This document shows positions 1 to 13,235 of a DNA stretch of 64,000 nucleotides, one piece after another. The translations under genes were made by a program, and so were the position numbers. How positions within the stretch are numbered: position 1 is the stretch's first letter; each line of letters starts with the position of its first letter. Below the pieces are notes generated by a model. That model was given only the letters and a program-made list of their open reading frames with translations. It did no database searches and was not told where the DNA came from. Source of the DNA: Octopus sinensis (taxonomy: Eukaryota). Location: assembly GCF_006345805.1 (NCBI RefSeq), contig NC_043012.1:55862001-55926000 (forward strand). The letters are read 5' to 3'.

Positions 1-290
1 AGTTTAAATACTGCTGGATCTCACTCATAAGGTATTGGAATCTTACATATACACCATTCTGCATAAAAACTGGATCTACAACTTCAATATCCCTACATAT
101 CTCACATCTATTTCCTTTCCTCCACCTCACTCTCTATTTTGTATCCTATCTAAATTAATTATTACTTAACCATCCTCTTACACCATATCCGATGAAGAGA
201 TGTAATTAATAAATATCCTGGAAACAGCTGTAAGACCTTCTATCTATAAATGTTCTAATATCTACACAGCGTTGGTTTTTTTTTATCTCA
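1..290 (+). mobile_element. Possible Penelope-like 3' remnant with degenerate hammerhead-like motif (189-236)
   Basis: CCGATGA-A-GAGATGT..ATATCCT-G-GAAAC-AGCT-GTA-AGA. Stem I is broken and U4 is replaced by C. Confidence 0.3.
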
Positions 291-332
291 GTACGCAAAA
301 AATTCTTATATATCTCTCTATCTCTCTCTCTC

Positions 333-450
<118 letters not shown>

Positions 451-1839
451 TATATAAGAAATAGCTAGATTCTTTGGCTGGTATTCTAAAGTTCGGTATG
501 TGGTTAAGCAAATTTTTTTTGTCAACCCTGATTATAATTATATTCATAATTATAAATATAAATATATATATATATCAGGGGCACTATCGTCCAGTGTGCT
601 TCAGGTGTCAAGAACTGCTGACATCATGCATTAGTATGATGTTAGTCGAACAGTCTCTACCGTAGATGTAGTTGGTTTTCATTTGAGTGGATTGGAGTAT
701 CATGAAATGCCCAAGGACGAGGGTTGCTGCCCGATCTGGAAATCGAACCCTCGACCTCGCGTTTGTAAGTCGAACAATCTAGCCATGAGGCCAACAATTC
801 TTAATCTTGGGAAATTTTCTCCTTTGAGAATAAATTTCAGAATTCCAGAGGAAATTTCGGGGATTCCACTAAAGAAATTGCTTTGTCTGTTGGAAAATTC
901 TTTATCATCGTTGGCACTGTTTTTGCAAGATTTATTTTCCTTAACGTTGATTGTCGAGGATGCCTAATGTTAAATTAATTAATATCAAACCGTTAATGTG
1001 ATGTAATAAATTATGTTTCGTACAAGGCTACTTATTTTCTCTTATCATACGTGGAGGAGAAATCGGGTTAGCGGACTGGCGAAGTAGGAGTAGGGTGAAT
1101 ACATAAAAGAATGTCAGGGAAAAGTCAGCCTTACCCGTAGATTCAAGTACACACACTCACACATTCTCCTCCCTCCCTCTCGCTCTCTCTCTCTCTCCCT
1201 CTCTCTCTCACACACACGCGCACTCGCACACGTACACAGACTTACACATACTCTCTCACCTTTCGACTAACACAGAATTTAACGCTGGAAATCCATGAAA
1301 CGTTCGCCACAAATATTCCATCATCATTCCGGCATCATTGTGTCTACTTATGAGGTTGTTGAACAGATTTATGACCAAAGACATTTCACCTTTGACCATC
1401 ACGCCTTTTATCTATGTGCTGAGAACACTCGATCGCTTTATCCAACGTATACTTTTTTCTAATACTGTAAAATGTGATTTAAGGAAAATTCAGCTATTAT
1501 TTCTAACATGCCTGGTGATTCCCGTAAACTTCGGTCAAGGACCTTTCTACACTTGACAAAAAACGTTCCATCACCCAAAATGCTGGAATCAATGACGTAC
1601 ACTCGCAGTTTGTTCTCTCTATCTCTCTTCTGCTGCTACTAAAACGAAGTCCACCCTTATGTGTGTGCATACCCATTGGATTTAATCATACCCATTCACT
1701 CCAGGTTCTTCTAGGCTCAACCGAGTCATGGCCTTTTCTCTTCGCATTGAGTCATACTCTCACTTTCTCCAATCCTCCTTCACCATAACTGTGTCCTGCT
1801 GGAATTCATTCCCCAATTCATTCTACACACATCTTTGTG

Positions 1840-2520
1840 GAAGCGTGCGGATTAGTGGTTAGGATGTTGGACTCATGATCATAAGATTGTGGTTTCGATT
1901 CCTGGACCGGACGGCGCGCTGTGTTCGTGAGCAAAACACTTCATTTCACAGTTCTATATTAAAGAGATGAGGAATTATGTACATTATTTACATTATTTAT
2001 ATTCGACGGATATTTGTCCTCATCTCGTTTGTTGTTACACAACGTTTCGGCTGATATATCTTCCAGCCTTCTTCAGGTGTCTTGGGGGAATTTCTTAACC
2101 ACTACGCCATATGCTCGTGAGCATATGGCGTAGTGGTTAAGAGCGCGGGCTACTAACCGCAAGATTCCGAGTTCGATTCCAAGCAGTGACCCGAACAATA
2201 ACAATAATAATAATAATAATAATAACATCGAAAAATACCTTAGGAATGAGAGCCCAGGTTCGAAATTTCTCCAAAACACCGAAGAAGGCTGGAGGGTATA
2301 TCAGCCGAAACGTTGTGTTAACAACAAACAAGATGAGGACAAATATCCGTCAAATGTAAATAATGTAAATAATGTACTTCATTTCACGTTGCTCTAGTCC
2401 ACTCAGTTGGAAAAATTGAGTTATCCTGGACCGATGTCCCGTCCAGGCGGGGAATTTATACGCCATGGAAACCGGGAAACCGGACCTTATGAGTCGGTAT
2501 GACTCGAGGAGGTAACCTTT
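1840..2520 (+). mobile_element. tRNA-derived CORE-type SINE interrupted by an insertion at 1950-2375
   Basis: A/B-box head, then GAGCAAAACACTTCATTTCAC|GTTGCTCTAGTCCACTCAG core resumes after the insert. 12-bp duplication ACTTCATTTCAC at 1938-1949 and 2376-2387. Confidence 0.8.
1950..2375. mobile_element. tRNA-headed, hammerhead-bearing Penelope-like non-autonomous element with inverted duplications
   Basis: 1950-2094 is an inverted copy of the 3' module. 2096-2140 is a fold-back of the tRNA head. The tRNA head (TGGCGTAGTGG, GAGTTCGATTC) is followed by (AAT)n and the 3' module at ~2262-2375. HHR-like motifs at 2037-2080 (-) and 2276-2318 (+). Confidence 0.7.
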
Positions 2521-2584
2521 ACCGTTACTCTACTTACACACAACTTTCCTGTAGACGCTAATTTAGATGCTTTATATGCTTAAA

Positions 2585-2895
2585 TTGTGGCCTAGTGGTT
2601 AGAGCAGCGGACTCGCGGTCGAGGGATCGCAGGTTCGAATCTCAGACCGGGCGATGAGTGTGTTTATGAGCGAAACACCTAATCTCCACGCGGCTCTGGC
2701 AGAAGGTAATGGCGAACTTCTGCTGACTCTTTCGCCACAACTTTTTCTCACTCTTTCCTCCTGCATCTTGCAGCTCATCTGCGACGAATCGGCGTTCCGT
2801 CCAGGTGGGGAACCTATACGCCAAGGAAACCGGGAAACCGGGAAACCGGCCCTTATGAGCCAGGCATGGCTCGGGAAGGAACAAACAAACAACAA
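2585..2895 (+). mobile_element. tRNA(Arg)-like SINE; a second copy at 24862-25105
   Basis: GGCCTAGTGGTTAGAGCAGCGGACTCGCGGTCGAGGGATCGCAGGTTCGAATC head, no tRNA 3' acceptor strand, non-tRNA body, (AAAC)n tail. Confidence 0.8.
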
Positions 2896-4092
2896 CAGCA
2901 TATGCTTAAATTGAACACCGACGAGGTGGCAGAATCATTAGCATGTCGGTCACAATGCTTAATGGCATTTCGTCCGTCTTCACGTTCTGAGTTCAAATTC
3001 TGCCGAGATCGACTTTGCCTTTCATCCTTTCGAAGTCGATAAAGTAAGGACCAGTTGATCAATGGGATCGATGTAATCGATTTAGCCCTTCTCCGAAATT
3101 GCCCCCCTTATGTCAAAATTTGAAACCAATATACCTGAAAAACCTTCGCACTCGAAATTCTGGGCCTACTTTACAGTAGCAATGACAGCAATAGCAATGT
3201 AATCGATCACATAAGAATCTCTGCTTCTCCTTTAGTAGAACCACACCTATTTTGGTAGTTATTAGTTTGCGGTTTGGTATCTAAATCAGTGACGTCGTAG
3301 TTTATCTTACTGACGATAGACGAACTACCAAGCAACATCCTCTCGAGTCGACTCGACTCGCTCAGATGCAACTCAATTAAATATACATGTAGCCAGCATC
3401 AAGTAACTGAGATTAACTTGTACATAATGCTTACCCGTCATTGTTGGGTTCTATGTATAATGGAAGCGTGTCTATTTGTTTCTAACCTTTCATAACAACT
3501 AGCATTTCTGCCAACTTTACACTTTTGGAATATTAATTACCCCAATAAAAACAAAATCTGAATTGTTGAAATCCTTCTCTTTTTTCTTTCTCTGATGAAC
3601 ATCAATCTTTACAACAGATGTTCGCATTCGTCCTGGCGCTGTCTCTTTGACAACATTGTGCCTGAGCTGGATTGTGATTCAAAAAATATCGCATACAAAA
3701 TATGCCATAGGCAAATAAAAAACATTCGATTTACATTCGAATCACCAGTTAAGAAATATAGAGCGCTGAAAAGTCTCCAAATAACTATTTTAAACAAACT
3801 ACCTATCTAGGTACTGATAATTTATTTATTTATTAGTAAATTTTCATGAAACGTACACTGCCAAATTGCCAAGCTGGTAACTCTAGATTTGGCGAGAAAT
3901 TCTCTTAACAGTAATGGAAATTTTATCTGCAGAATCTGTAAGGTGTTTCAGAATTAAACCAAAAGAATCACGTGGGAGGTTCTGAAAGAAATGAATATTT
4001 TAGCGAGAAATCCTCTCAGTTACATACAAGTTGCAGATAACGTTATACGTAGTATAAACAACAAAAAGAAAATACTTTTTTTTCATTCTATT

Positions 4093-4138
<46 letters not shown>

Positions 4139-4207
4139 CGCGCGCGCGTACGTGTGTGTATTGGCATCGACCGTAGAGAACTTGACTCTTAGAAATTTTA
4201 TGCCTAC

Positions 4208-4240
<33 letters not shown>

Positions 4241-4472
4241 ATATATACAGTATATTTATATAATATATGTATATAGTATATATATGTGTATGTACGTATG
4301 TATGTATATAATGTAATATATATATATATACACGAAGAATTTTCTTAGTATAACTTTTGTATTTTTCTTAGTGTTATCAGTTTTAAATATCTTCTGTTCT
4401 ATCAATTAATTCGATATATCATCATCATCATCATCATCATAATCATTATTATTATTATTATCATTATTATTA

Positions 4473-4525
<53 letters not shown>

Positions 4526-5509
4526 ATTTAATTTGAGCATTAAACGTTGATACAATCCAATACGTTTAACCAGGGTGTTTTCTCATTCGGTTCTTCTTCT
4601 TATAACTGAATCGAGGTACGTCAGAGTTATTTTCAACAATTTACATTTAACGAGCGAGTGGGTGAAACTGGCCTGACAAGAAAGCATGCCAGATAAAACA
4701 AAGAATGCAAGGTCAGAGTTCATGAACCGACCACCGCATTTTAAAATAAAACTGCTCCTGACATAATAAACGCCATATGATTAAAGGGTGAAGCAAACGA
4801 AAATATTTACATAACAATAACAGTAATAGGTCTTGCTAATTTTAGTGGAAAATCAGCAGTTTTGAGGGGTGGGGCAAATCAACTTCATCGGCTTCAGTAC
4901 TTGACGGGCACTCTATTTTACCGACTGCAAAAAGATGAAAAGAAAAAATTATTTCAACGGGATTTGAGCATAACATATGGAGTAGAAATAAACGCCGATA
5001 GGAATTTTGTCGACACTCTGACAGTTCTGCCATCTTGGTGCCTTTGAGAGAGAGAGGGAGATGCTTCTTCTTGAGTCATACGGACTTATAGGGCCGGTTT
5101 TCTAGTTTATGTGGCGTATATATATTTTACCCATTGGAAAATCCTCATCCCCTGATAGTATGTCAGTCCATCGCAGGATTACTCATTTTTGCCAACTGAG
5201 TGGACTGGAGCAACGTGAAATTAAGTGTTTTGCTCAAGAAAACAACACATCACCCGGTCCAGGAATCGAAACCACAATATTACAACTATGAGTCCAACAC
5301 CCTAATCACTGAGCCACTCTATGCCTTTACTTAACAGCAATAGTAAAATACCACTCGGTGAGATTATCAGGGTCATAAACTTTAGCAAAGGCATGGTTGG
5401 CTGTCTGGTTAAAAAATTTCACCAGCAACCATATGCTTTCGGGTTCGATCCACAGTGCAGATCCTTGAGCAAGTGTCTTTCACTATATTCTAGGGTGTAT
5501 CACCGCCTT

Positions 5510-5825
5510 AAAAGTGCAGGGTTCAGTGGTTAGAACAGCGGGCTCACAATCATGAGGTAGTGAGTTCGATTCCCGGACCGGGCTATGTATTGCTTTCTTG
5601 AGCAGTTCACTCAGCTGTTGAAATGAGTTGCGACATCACTGGTGCCAAGCTGTATCAGCCTTTGCCTTTCCCTTGGATAACATTGGTGGCATGGATAGGA
5701 GAAGACGGTATACATGGGTGACTGCTAGTCTTCTATAAACAACAGTGCCCAGATTTGTGCCTCCGATGGTAACTTTCTTGGTGCAATCTCATGGTCATTC
5801 ATAATCGAAGGGGGTCTTTAACCTT
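5510..5825 (+). mobile_element. CORE-type SINE with GGTGCCAAGCTGTATC..GAAGGGGGTC tail; relatives at 46060-46397 (+) and 63770-63978 (-)
   Basis: Shared head, core and 3' tail among the three copies. Confidence 0.75.
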
Positions 5826-6619
5826 TTCATCACCGCTATAGGCAGTGGCATAGCTAGACAGTTAGGGACAGCGACAGCTGAATTAGTCTTCGCCCACAGA
5901 ATGATTTCACCTGCCATTTCTAAGCAATCACAGCTGCCTTGAGCTGGTTTCCTCTGCTATGGCTATGTCCTTACTGGCTTTTTTTCTTCTGACAAATGCC
6001 TTGTCAACCAAGTCCTGATAATTTTTTTTAGCTGGTAAGAAATGTCAAGTCTGTGCTTTCAGGGTACTGTGATAATTAATCTTATAACTCTGTCGCCTCA
6101 CTTGTAGTTGTAATTCTATTTTGAGACCTCGATTTCATGAGGAGAGCTACCCGCTGTCCATGGCGTATAAGTGACCAAGATCACAACATTTGCCACGAAC
6201 AGGAAGGCAATCATTCGCAATGTTACCCATTTACAGCTGAGTAGACTGGAGCAACGTGAAATGAAATATGTTGCTTAAAGGAAAAAAACGCAGCCGCAGT
6301 GCCCGGTCTGGAAATCGAAACCACTATCTGATAATCGTTAGTGCAACGACCTAACCACTAGGCCACGCCTCTTCACGTTCTCCTCGCGGCGGGCGTAATT
6401 ATTGTTAAAATATATTTGCTCACTTTATTAACCTTTTAGCATTTAAACGGCTCTATCAAGCCCAAATATTCCACCTGTTCTATATTCAAACAGACCAGAT
6501 CCAGCTTCTCACACCTAACCTACAATGTCATTCTTAAAATAAACAATCACATCATCAAAATCTTGAAACTACAAGATAACACGTTTAATCCAAAACAATA
6601 TCAATAAATAAATATTATA

Positions 6620-7037
6620 AAATTTCTTTACTGCCCATAAGGGGCCACACGCAGAGGGGACAAACAAGGACAGACAAACTGATCAAGTCGATTACATCGA
6701 CCCCAGTGCGTGACTGGTACTTAATTTATCGACCCCGAAAGGATGAAAGGCAAAGTCGATCTCGGCGGAATTTGAGCTCACAACGTAACGGCAGACGAAA
6801 TACGTATTTCTTTATTACCCACAAGGGGTTATACACAGAGGGGACAAACAAGGACAGACATAGGTATTAAGTCGATTACATCGACCCCAGTGCGTAACTG
6901 GTACTTAATTTATCGACCCCGAAAGGATGAAAGGCAAAGTCGACCTCGGCGGAACTTGAACTCAGAACGTAACGGCAGACGAAATACCGCTACGCATTTC
7001 ACCCGGCGTGCTAACGATTCTGCCAGCTCGCCTCAGT
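6620..7037 (-). mobile_element. SINE dimer (one head + 2 bodies), central domain resembling the Meta-SINE domain
   Basis: Body GAGGTCGACTTTGCCTTTCATCCTTTCGGGGTCGATAAATTAAGTACCAG twice. 23-bp TSD AATATCAATAAATAAATATTATA at 6597-6619 and 7038-7060. Confidence 0.85.
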
Positions 7038-7324
7038 AATATCAATAAATAAATATTATATTTGACTGAGTAATCTGAGTGCCAAAGAGTTAAGTATGTT
7101 GGCAATAATTTTTACCTTATAAGAAGAGTCGATTATGTAAAAAGGGGTTAATGTTTAAAATACGGTCTGTGTGATGGCTGTACGCTTATTGAATAGAGTG
7201 CAACCATTTCACCTGCATACCAAATAACCGCTCGACCAAAACCGTCTGAGCGTAAAACAAATGAAATAGCTGACTAACCAACCGACACCAACTAACTTAT
7301 TAAACAAATACACACCAATTAATC

Positions 7325-7336
7325 TTGCCAGTCTGT

Positions 7337-7403
<67 letters not shown>

Positions 7404-7422
7404 ATATATATCTATCTATCTA

Positions 7423-7491
<69 letters not shown>

Positions 7492-7541
7492 TTGTCTGTC
7501 TGTCAGTCTGTCTGCCAGTCTGTCTGTCTGTCTGTCAGTCA

Positions 7542-7586
<45 letters not shown>

Positions 7587-7593
7587 TCTATCA

Positions 7594-7646
<53 letters not shown>

Positions 7647-7647
7647 A

Positions 7648-7683
<36 letters not shown>

Positions 7684-7759
7684 ATCTATCTATCTATCTA
7701 TTTGTCTGTCTGTCAGTCTGTCTGTCAGTCTGTCTGCCAGTCTGTCTGTCTGTCAGTCA

Positions 7760-7840
<81 letters not shown>
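7325..7840. repeat. (ATCT)n/(GTCT)n compound microsatellite
   Basis: Direct reading. A similar tract lies at 12549-12745. Confidence 0.95.
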
Positions 7841-7841
<1 letters not shown>

Positions 7842-8009
7842 GGTCGAAGAATTCGATCCCAGGACTTAAACTTTGTAAGCCCAATACTTATTCTATCGGT
7901 ATCTTTGGCCGAACCGCTAAGTTACGAAAACATAACCACACCAGCATCGTCGTCAAGCGATGGTGGGGGGACAAACACAGACATGCACACATAAATACAT
8001 AATACATAC

Positions 8010-8068
<59 letters not shown>

Positions 8069-8145
8069 AATATATATATATCTATAATTTATATATATAT
8101 ACATATATATACATTACACACACACATATATATATATATGGTGTA

Positions 8146-8707
8146 CTTTTAAACACATAAAAGGTATCTTCATAGGATTCCTTTCACGCTAGAAGGAACA
8201 GCTAAAGTCCAAACCATTATTAGGGATAAAAAAACTCGAAGGGAATGAAAAATAAAAATATTTACCATCCATTTCCTGGACCATGGTTTCTAACTTCTTT
8301 TAGCAAATAAAATAATTTGCAAGGCGAAGTCTTCATCAACAGGTATGCCTAGATTAAACATATAAGTACGAGGCAAATCCAGCATGTGCCTCTTGCTTAT
8401 ACATTATAATTTTTCATATCCACCGCGCAAGCGCAGTTTTTTGTCGTCAGCAAAAAAAAAAAAAATACCGGCATTTCTTCGAACAATTTTCCAGAAAAAA
8501 TTATCAATATCAGAGTAATAAACATTTTAGAAATTTTTACTACCTATTTGCTAAAAAAGGGGGTTAGAAACCATGGTCTAGGAAATAAATGGTAAAAGTT
8601 ATTTTTCATTCCATTCGAGTATTTTATCCCTAATAGTGGTTTGACTTTAGCTGTTCCTTTTAGCGTGAAAGGAATCCTATGAAGGAAACCTCTTATGTGT
8701 TTGAATG
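8146..8707. mobile_element. MITE with ~150-bp imperfect terminal inverted repeats, probable TA TSD
   Basis: 8146-8295 is the reverse complement of ~8563-8707 (e.g. TTCATAGGATTCCTTTCACGCTA / TAGCGTGAAAGGAATCCTATGAA). TA at 8144-8145 and 8708-8709. Confidence 0.75.
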
Positions 8708-8832
8708 TACAGTGTATTTATATGAATAAAATATAATCTATTGACTAATTTTTCTATAAGCTAGGTCACGGGTAGAAAAATTTCTAAAATATTTATTACC
8801 CTGATATTATCAATTAATTATATATATATATA

Positions 8833-9098
8833 CTGTTGTGTCTGGAAAGAGTCGTTTTCTTTTTGTGCCTTATAATTTAACACACTCACGGATAACATTT
8901 CCACTTATTTCTTATTTTTATTTTCATAAAATTTTCGTTGCGTCTTGCAACCTTTTCAATAGTCGACTATTGAAAGGTTGCAAGACGCAACGAAAACTTT
9001 AGGAAAATAAAAATAAGAAATAAGTGGAAATTTTACCGGTGAGTGTGTTACATTATAAGAAGGCACAAAAAGAAAATGACTCTCCCCAGTCACAACAG
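8833..9098. mobile_element. Loop-less ~265-bp palindrome, Penelope-like inverted repeat with U3:A8 HHR-like motifs
   Basis: Arms mirror around AGTC|GACT (8964/8965). HHR-like motif at 8926-8962 (-) and a 1-nt-deleted copy at 8967-9002 (+). Confidence 0.7.
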
Positions 9099-9179
9099 AA
9101 TATGCTTCAACACACGAACTCATATAAAGAATCTTGCAAACCAAATCTAAGACCGAAACATATATATATATATATATAA

Positions 9180-9792
9180 AACAATTAAAAATGAGGGTGT
9201 CTAAGAGACACCAACATGCCGAAATAGCAGTCGAAACTCTGACTATAAAAACCACGTTAAGTGTTCGTATCGCACCATGGATACTTAAATATCGATATTA
9301 TCCTCATATATAAATTTATATAATTCGTTATTATATTCAGTGCGGTGTTTATTTTAACCGTATCGTACTTATGGGATGATTCGGCGGGTAATTTAACTGG
9401 CCGAGTGCATACGTGCATATGTATTTATGTATGGACGTTCGTATATGTAAGTATAATCGTTTGTTCTGCAATATATATCTGTATTATGTACTCTTGATAT
9501 ATTCAACCGAGACTGGTAAAGCTTATTAAAGCAAAACCAGAAATCCTGGATCTTGAATTATTCAATAATTTTGCTTGTATATTTTGTCCCTCTGTCTTAT
9601 CTCATGGTGCGATACGAACACTTAACGTGGTTTTTATAGTCAGAGTTTCGACTGCTATTTCGGCATGTTGGTGTCTCTTAGACACCCTCATTTTTAATTG
9701 TTAAAAATTATTACCTTTGTACGGTATTTTTCCCATGCTGGCCACTGATAATATGGATACTTAAATATCGATTTATCCTCATATATAAATTT

Positions 9793-9798
<6 letters not shown>
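9180..9798. mobile_element. Penelope-like combined inverted + direct terminal repeat element
   Basis: 9180-9281 is the inverse of ~9603-9703. 9277-9325 is directly repeated at ~9754-9798. No ORF. Confidence 0.55.
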
Positions 9799-9832
<34 letters not shown>

Positions 9833-10088
9833 CATACGATGGGCTTCTTTCAGTTCCGACAAACACAAGCGCACACACACACATACATACATACATACAT
9901 ACTACATACATACATACACACATACTACGTATATAAACGACAGGCTTCTTTCATTTTCCGTCTACTAAAGGATTTGGTTGTGGCCGAGGCTATAGTAGAA
10001 GACGCTTGCCCAAGCTGCCACGCAGTGGGATTGAACCTGGAGCCATGCGCTTAGGAAAAAAGCTTCTTACCATAACTGCGCCTGCGCC

Positions 10089-10123
<35 letters not shown>

Positions 10124-10136
10124 TATATATATATAG

Positions 10137-10244
<108 letters not shown>

Positions 10245-10383
10245 CACAATATGGAGAGAAAGAGAGTGACAGAAGATTGAGATAGAGACAAAGTGTGTGA
10301 GATAGATTAATAGATAGATAGATATAGTATACATAAATATACGTAGATACACACATACATACATATATACATACATACATACA

Positions 10384-10415
<32 letters not shown>

Positions 10416-10843
10416 GAGGTATTTACATATGTATATACAATACTGCTGTTTTTGATATCATTAGAAATAAAACGAAGTACAATTAAGTGAATGGAGGGTA
10501 TATTAATTTCTTTTAATAAGAAGTGTTTCTTGCAGGGCTAGCTCTGTTTCATCTATGTATAATACATCCTTGGCTGAGAGATTTTATAAATCTAAAATGG
10601 CTGCCAGTTTCTAAGAATGGGGGGAAAATGAACGCATTAGTTAAAATGTACTCTGATAGTTTATACAAACGATATTAACGATCAGGTCGAGACGGAATGT
10701 TTAAAAGATGTGTACGCAACTTTTTTTTCTAATTTTCTGCATGTCTGCATCGGATGAAAGCGTAAAATAGGAAAACAGCAATAATTGCCGTAACAAAAAA
10801 AAATTAAACTATTCACCAGTATTTTATAACTACTATAATAGAG

Positions 10844-10894
<51 letters not shown>

Positions 10895-12134
10895 ATAATG
10901 ATAGAACACTCAGCGTGTATCTGAGGAGTACAGGTTCGATTCCCATAGCCACCTGCTTGCAACTTTTACCCGTCGTATAAGGGTAAACACCCAATCTTTT
11001 TCTATCGGTTTTACAGTTTTACTGCTTTCAAAATTTAACTTCTTGTCTGTGAAATATATGTGTATATATATACGATCAGGTTGTGTGCATATATACTTAT
11101 ATTTATTGATATTTAGCAGAAGCAACAGACTAACTCAAGTTTCGGGAGTTTTCGGACCTTGAGTCACTCTGTTCCTTTTCCTAATATTAATAAAAATATA
11201 CATATACTCATATTTTGAGTTCCATTTTTCCTGTTTGCACTAACATTCCTCTCCACCCACATACACACACAAAAGGGATTTAAAAATCCGCGTTGCAATC
11301 CTCAGCGCTGCTCCTGTAATATGCTGTACTATTTTACATTCATAAAGGTGACGGGATGGAAGAATCCTTAGCACACGGGTTAAAATGCTTAGTAAAACTT
11401 CACCCGTTCTTACCTTCTGAGTTGAAACTCCACTGAAATCGACTTTGCCTTTCATCCCTTTCGGGGGTCGATACCATAAGTACTAGCTGAGCGCTGGGAT
11501 CGATGTAACCGACTTAGCCCCCTCTCCGAAAACTGCTGGCCTTGTGCCAAAATTTGAAGTCAATGTTACACAATCTTATCTATATTGAGGATTACCTGGA
11601 CCATGTATTATTGAAACGATCGTAATGAAGGAATACATATACTATCATAACGTCCATTCTTGAACTTATTGCGCGCGTGCATGTGTGTAAGAGATATTTA
11701 TGTTTAATATGTTTAGAAGTATGCTAGTTAATCCTGATTGAAAAAAAAAAATCTTTAGGCTAGCATAGGGCCAGTAATAGTAACATTGAATTGACTTATG
11801 GGTCTGTATGCAATCGACAAACCCGCTAGAAATAGAAGCTAAATCTTACTCTACCATCTTAAAAAGAGGTTGAAAATCTCCAATAAGATCAGTTAATCGA
11901 AATATTTGGACAACATATAGATTATGCAGATTGGGGTGGGTTCGTTCTGTAAATTAACCAATACATCTTTTTCTTCGTTTTGAAAAGATGTGATATGAGA
12001 GAGATTTTGCTGTTATATCTAGCAAGTTGTGCGATCAAGCAAAGACTTTCCACATTGGCTTCTCAGCGCATATATTCTATAGAAAAGTATGATAGTCGAA
12101 CATCCATCTTCATTTGTCTCTATCTATATCTATA

Positions 12135-12169
<35 letters not shown>

Positions 12170-12191
12170 TATTATTTTATTTTATAGAAGG

Positions 12192-12242
12192 AGCTTCTAC
12201 AGGACTAGAACTGTTTCATTCAAATGAAATCATCAGGAAGCT
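12192..12242 (-). ncRNA. Type I hammerhead ribozyme-like motif, canonical core
   Basis: AGCTTC-CTGATGA-TTTC ATTT GAAT-GAAA-CAG TTCTAGTC CTG-TA-GAAGCT. 6-bp stem I, 4-bp stem III, GUA site, stem II with one U.U mismatch. Confidence 0.7.
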
Positions 12243-12578
12243 TGGTGTCAAGAATAGTTTTGGCATTTATACATTTAGGCAGATTTAATGGGGTGGTGGT
12301 GGGGGACTTTTTTGGGGTAGGCAGGGCACAAACTGTCTTTCTTAGGGGAGTGGTAAAAAGAATCAGTGATAAAGTGGATAAATGAATAAATAGAATAATA
12401 GAACAGAATATATATATATGTCTGTCTATCCGTTTGTCTGTTTATATGTCTGTCTATTTATCTCTCTGTCTGCTAGTCTGTCTTTCTTTCTGTCTGTAGG
12501 TCTGTTTGTTTATCTGTCTGTCTGTCTATCTATCTGATTGTCTTTCTGTCTATCTGCTTGTCAGTCGCTCTAGCTGCA

Positions 12579-12649
<71 letters not shown>

Positions 12650-12674
12650 ATCAATCTATCTATCTATCTATCTA

Positions 12675-12708
<34 letters not shown>

Positions 12709-13235
12709 CCTACCTACCTACCCACCTACCTACCCACCTACCTATGTATTTATCAACCACCACCCCCTATAAACGAAGCCTATGAAACTAACAGCTAATT
12801 GAAAACACCTACCACCAAACTGACTTCGAAACAAACAGTCAAGTAGAAAATGTTATATTTAATCTCAGTTTGTTTTTGCGTGTATGGAATAGTTTAATAG
12901 TTTATTTCGTTTATTCTGGAGATAATAGCCTAAAACAATGCGATTAAGCAGTTTTTAAAGAAGGGCGGTGCTAGTTGTTATGTTTCAGTAATAGCAACAT
13001 TATGAGAAAACCCTTCTGTAAGAGATTCAGTTTATGAAAGCTTGCTTAGTGTGTGGTATGTGAGAACTTGTACCATTGAGGTATATGAAGATGGAAGATC
13101 ATCAAATATGATCACCTGGAATTCGAAGAGAAGAATTCTAGGCTTGAGTCGCGGTCTGCGATGGCGACGGTGAGTTTTTAATAAATGAAATGCAATAGAC
13201 CATACTCGAGGTGTTAGATTTCGCAACACATTAAT

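Noticed and set aside
2119-2190. SINE heads (also 2585, 24862, 46060) as tRNA genes
   Set aside because: A and B boxes are present, but there is no acceptor-stem 3' strand and they continue into SINE bodies.
3595-3810. Possible exon after a polypyrimidine tract and CAACAG acceptor at ~3618
   Set aside because: No recognisable protein similarity in any frame and no convincing GT donor.
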